A DNA stretch of 59,637 nt from positions 1 through 59,637 of the forward strand of contig CBDDBZ010000015.1 in the NCBI GenBank assembly GCA_965225945.1, given 5' to 3'. Source of the stretch: Alphaproteobacteria bacterium. Lineage in GTDB: Bacteria > Pseudomonadota > Alphaproteobacteria > GCA-2731375. Under the pieces are notes generated by a model. That model was given only the letters and a program-made list of their open reading frames with translations, had not been told where the DNA came from and did no database searches. Shown here one piece after another: positions 57,108-59,637 of this stretch. Position 1 is the stretch's first letter. Every line of letters begins with the position of its first letter. A program made the translations under genes and the position numbers.

Positions 57108-57139
57108 CGGGCTCTCCGGGGCATGGCCCGGAGAGCCCG
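57108..57139. terminator. GC-rich hairpin between convergent genes
   Basis: cgggctctccggg-gcatgg-cccggagagcccg, 13-bp stem; no clear U-tract. Confidence 0.5.
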
Positions 57140-57187
57140 TGATCGCGGTCGCCGGTCAGACCCCGGGAGATCCGGAATTTTGTTCTA

Positions 57188-59637
57188 TTAGTTGTCCTTC
57201 GTACAGGAGGCGACCGTACAGGCAATCCCGTTCAGGCTATGCACCGTGAGCTTGTAGGTAGCGGTCTTCGAGAAGTTAATGATCTTGTAGGGGGCTTCAC
57301 CCTTACCATTGGTCACCTGGTCCACTTCAAAGTGCGGGCAGCCTTCATAGCGACAGAAGCTAGCGTTGACCATAACGCCGGAGACGGGCGGATTCACCTT
57401 CACGGTGCCCGTCAGTCCCTTACCCTTTACCGAGAACGTTATGCTCCCCACCGCCATGGTGCCGCCACCGCCAACGCTGACCGAGACGTCCTGAATGACG
57501 AAGTCGTTGCCATCCTTGTCGGTCACGGTCAGATTGACCGGGTAGGTGCCGGTCGAGCTGAACGTATAAGACGGGTTTTGCGCGGTCGATGTACCTTCGC
57601 TACCGAAGTCCCAGGTCCAACCCGTGATTGCGTCACCGTCCGTCGAGCTTGAGGGGTCGGCAAAGCTGCAGGCAAGATCGGTGCAGCTATAGGTAAAAGA
57701 AGCCACCGGCGGGGTCGGGACCGAAGTAGTCGTGCAGAGCCCTTCCGGGTTCTTGCCGCCATAGACCTCGATGCAGACGGTATCGGTGTCGGACAACGCC
57801 GGATTTCCGTTGTCGGTGACGGTGAGTGTCACATAGTGGACGCCCTTGCCGAACGGTTGCGAGATATCGATGCCCGCGGAGATGAACGTCCCGTCCGTCC
57901 ATGCGAAATTGCCGGGGTTCAATGAGCCGTCAACATCGTAAGATTGGCTTCCGGAGAATTGGAGCAACACCTCCGCGTTTTTGCCTTTTGGAGCCTTGAT
58001 GGCCAAAGCGTCGAGCCAGTTGAGCGAAACCGGATCCTGTACCTTCGCTTGCGCCACCGGTCGTTGGTTTGCTGCCGGCGCGGGCGCGGTCACGGTGATC
58101 GTCACCATGGCGCTGTCGGTGGCGCCGTCGTTATCCGTGACCGTCAGGGTGACATCGGTCTGGCCATCGGGCAGCGCGACCGTCGGCGTGGCACCACTGG
58201 CGCTCCCACCCGACCACGACCAGGCATAACTGACGATCGGGCCGTCGCTATCGTAGGAACCACTGCCGTCGAGCGCGACCAATTCGCCATCGTCAACCGT
58301 CCGGTCGACGCCCGCGTCGGCGATGGGCGCGCTGTTGCCCAGCGTCGTTCGCGTCTGGCCGACGGCGAGGGGGCCGGTGGATATTTCGTAAACGAAGGTA
58401 CCGGTCGGCGAATCCGCCGCGCCGGAAAAGACCTGCAGCAGGTAGTTGCCCGTTACCGACGAGGTCTCGATCAACGTTTCCTGTCGGCCGACCGGGAAGG
58501 GAGCGTTGCCACAATTGGTATCGACCGCGCAGGTACTTAGATCGACCTCGAATCCGACCGGATCGTAAAGCCGGACGTCCAGATCCGGGCGCCATTCGTA
58601 GCCGAGCAAACAGACATTGAATATAAACCCGCCGATGCATTCCGCCTCTCCGTCGATCGCCACCATGACGTTCAGCGGAACGTCGTAGCCGGTGGCATCG
58701 TTGCCGGCGGGGATCGGTACGTCGGTAATCGGGGCCGCCAGGGTGTCGAAATACTGGTAGGTCGGGAAGGCCGTCTGGGTCGGCGTCGCGATGGCCGTAT
58801 CCGCCAAACCGACGGAGGCCTGGACGTCGATCAGTCCCTGACCGTATTCGTCGTCCCTTCTGCGGATTGCCGAGCGCATCCGTGGGACCCCGATCCTGCG
58901 CCGTGTCGTAGAGCATCTGCTTGACTTGCGCGGGCGTGAGATTGGGATTGGCCTCCAACATCAGCGCGACGGCACCGGCGACGTAGGGCGCCGCCATCGA
59001 GGAGCCGCTGCCGAACGCATAGGAGTAATCACCGCCCCAGTAAGCGGACAGCACCCCCACGCCCGGGGCCACGATATCGGGTTTCACGCGATTGTCCGCT
59101 GTCGGCCCACGACTGGAAAACGGCGCCAGGAAGACCCCGCCGTCGGAGGCGAGATTTATGGGCTCACCGTTACCGGCCAATGTCGTGCCGACGGACCACT
59201 CGGCGACGGCGCCGACGGTGATCGCCTCCGCCGCCGCCGAAGGGCTGCCGATCGAATAGGGTGTCGGACCGGCGTTGCCAGCGGCGACCACCACTACCTT
59301 GCCGGAATTGAGCACGGCGTTGTTGACCGCCGTGCTGAGAGCGTCCAGGCCGTCCGAGCTTACGGAATCGGTGAGGCCTCATGTTGATGACGTCGACGCC
59401 GGCCTGCCCTGCGCACCACTGGACGCCGGCAATGACGTCGGGGCTAGTGCCGGTACCGTTCGCCGCGAGGGCCTTCACGACGTAAATATCAGCCTCGGGC
59501 GCGACGCCATAAAGCATCTCGTCGAGGTTGGCGCCGTTGTTGTCGCAACCACCGGCGGCGATGCCGGTGACATGCGTTCCGTGCGAGTGATCGTCCTCGA
59601 CGCTGCCGCCGTCGATGGTGTTGATGGAGGCGACGAC
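57188..59637 (-). CDS. S8 (subtilisin-like) serine protease with C-terminal PKD domains; 5-prime end outside the window, two frameshifts
   Basis: HGTHVTGIAA, GVAPEA, VAAGN, FSSRGP, KPDIVAPG, GSSMAAPYVAG; PKD-like APIADAG...SYAW and PVASF...WTWDFG. Extra bases near 59377 and 58857. Confidence 0.88.

Overview
High-GC bacterial window with an Alphaproteobacteria-like gene set (inference), packed with accessory catabolic genes. There are no rRNA, tRNA or CRISPR features. Left to right: a frameshifted MoxR/VWA pair and small housekeeping genes; a TauD-crotonase-LLM trio; an IS630 interrupted by an inverted IS1595 composite; and a hydrolase/oxidoreductase block. Next is an unusual five-gene operon of an HpcH-like aldolase, NadC-like, PyrF-like, amidohydrolase and HisI-like genes, in which four of the enzymes carry altered active-site motifs. 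It is divergent from a hydantoinase/oxoprolinase B-A pair, with an IS4 in the shared promoter region. Then come a core-MetE/PhnZ-like/ASCH unit, a split corrinoid methyltransferase module, SRAP-nudC, a cyclase-AAA+-HTH-truncated globin fusion and a cyclase-hydrolase fusion. The right part holds thiolase-acuI, a dead higB with intact higA, an aminotransferase, an orphan molybdoenzyme large subunit with CoA transferase and crotonase, an LLM, an MFS pump, a TPP enzyme and a truncated S8 protease with PKD domains. The best candidates for undescribed biology are the operon of repurposed nucleotide-biosynthesis paralogs (15602-19793) and the globin-tailed cyclase/enhancer-binding fusion (36730-38661). 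Frameshifts at both window ends and the scrambled repeat at 43053-43338 look like long-read or assembly errors. All family calls come from motif recognition by eye; no database search was run.
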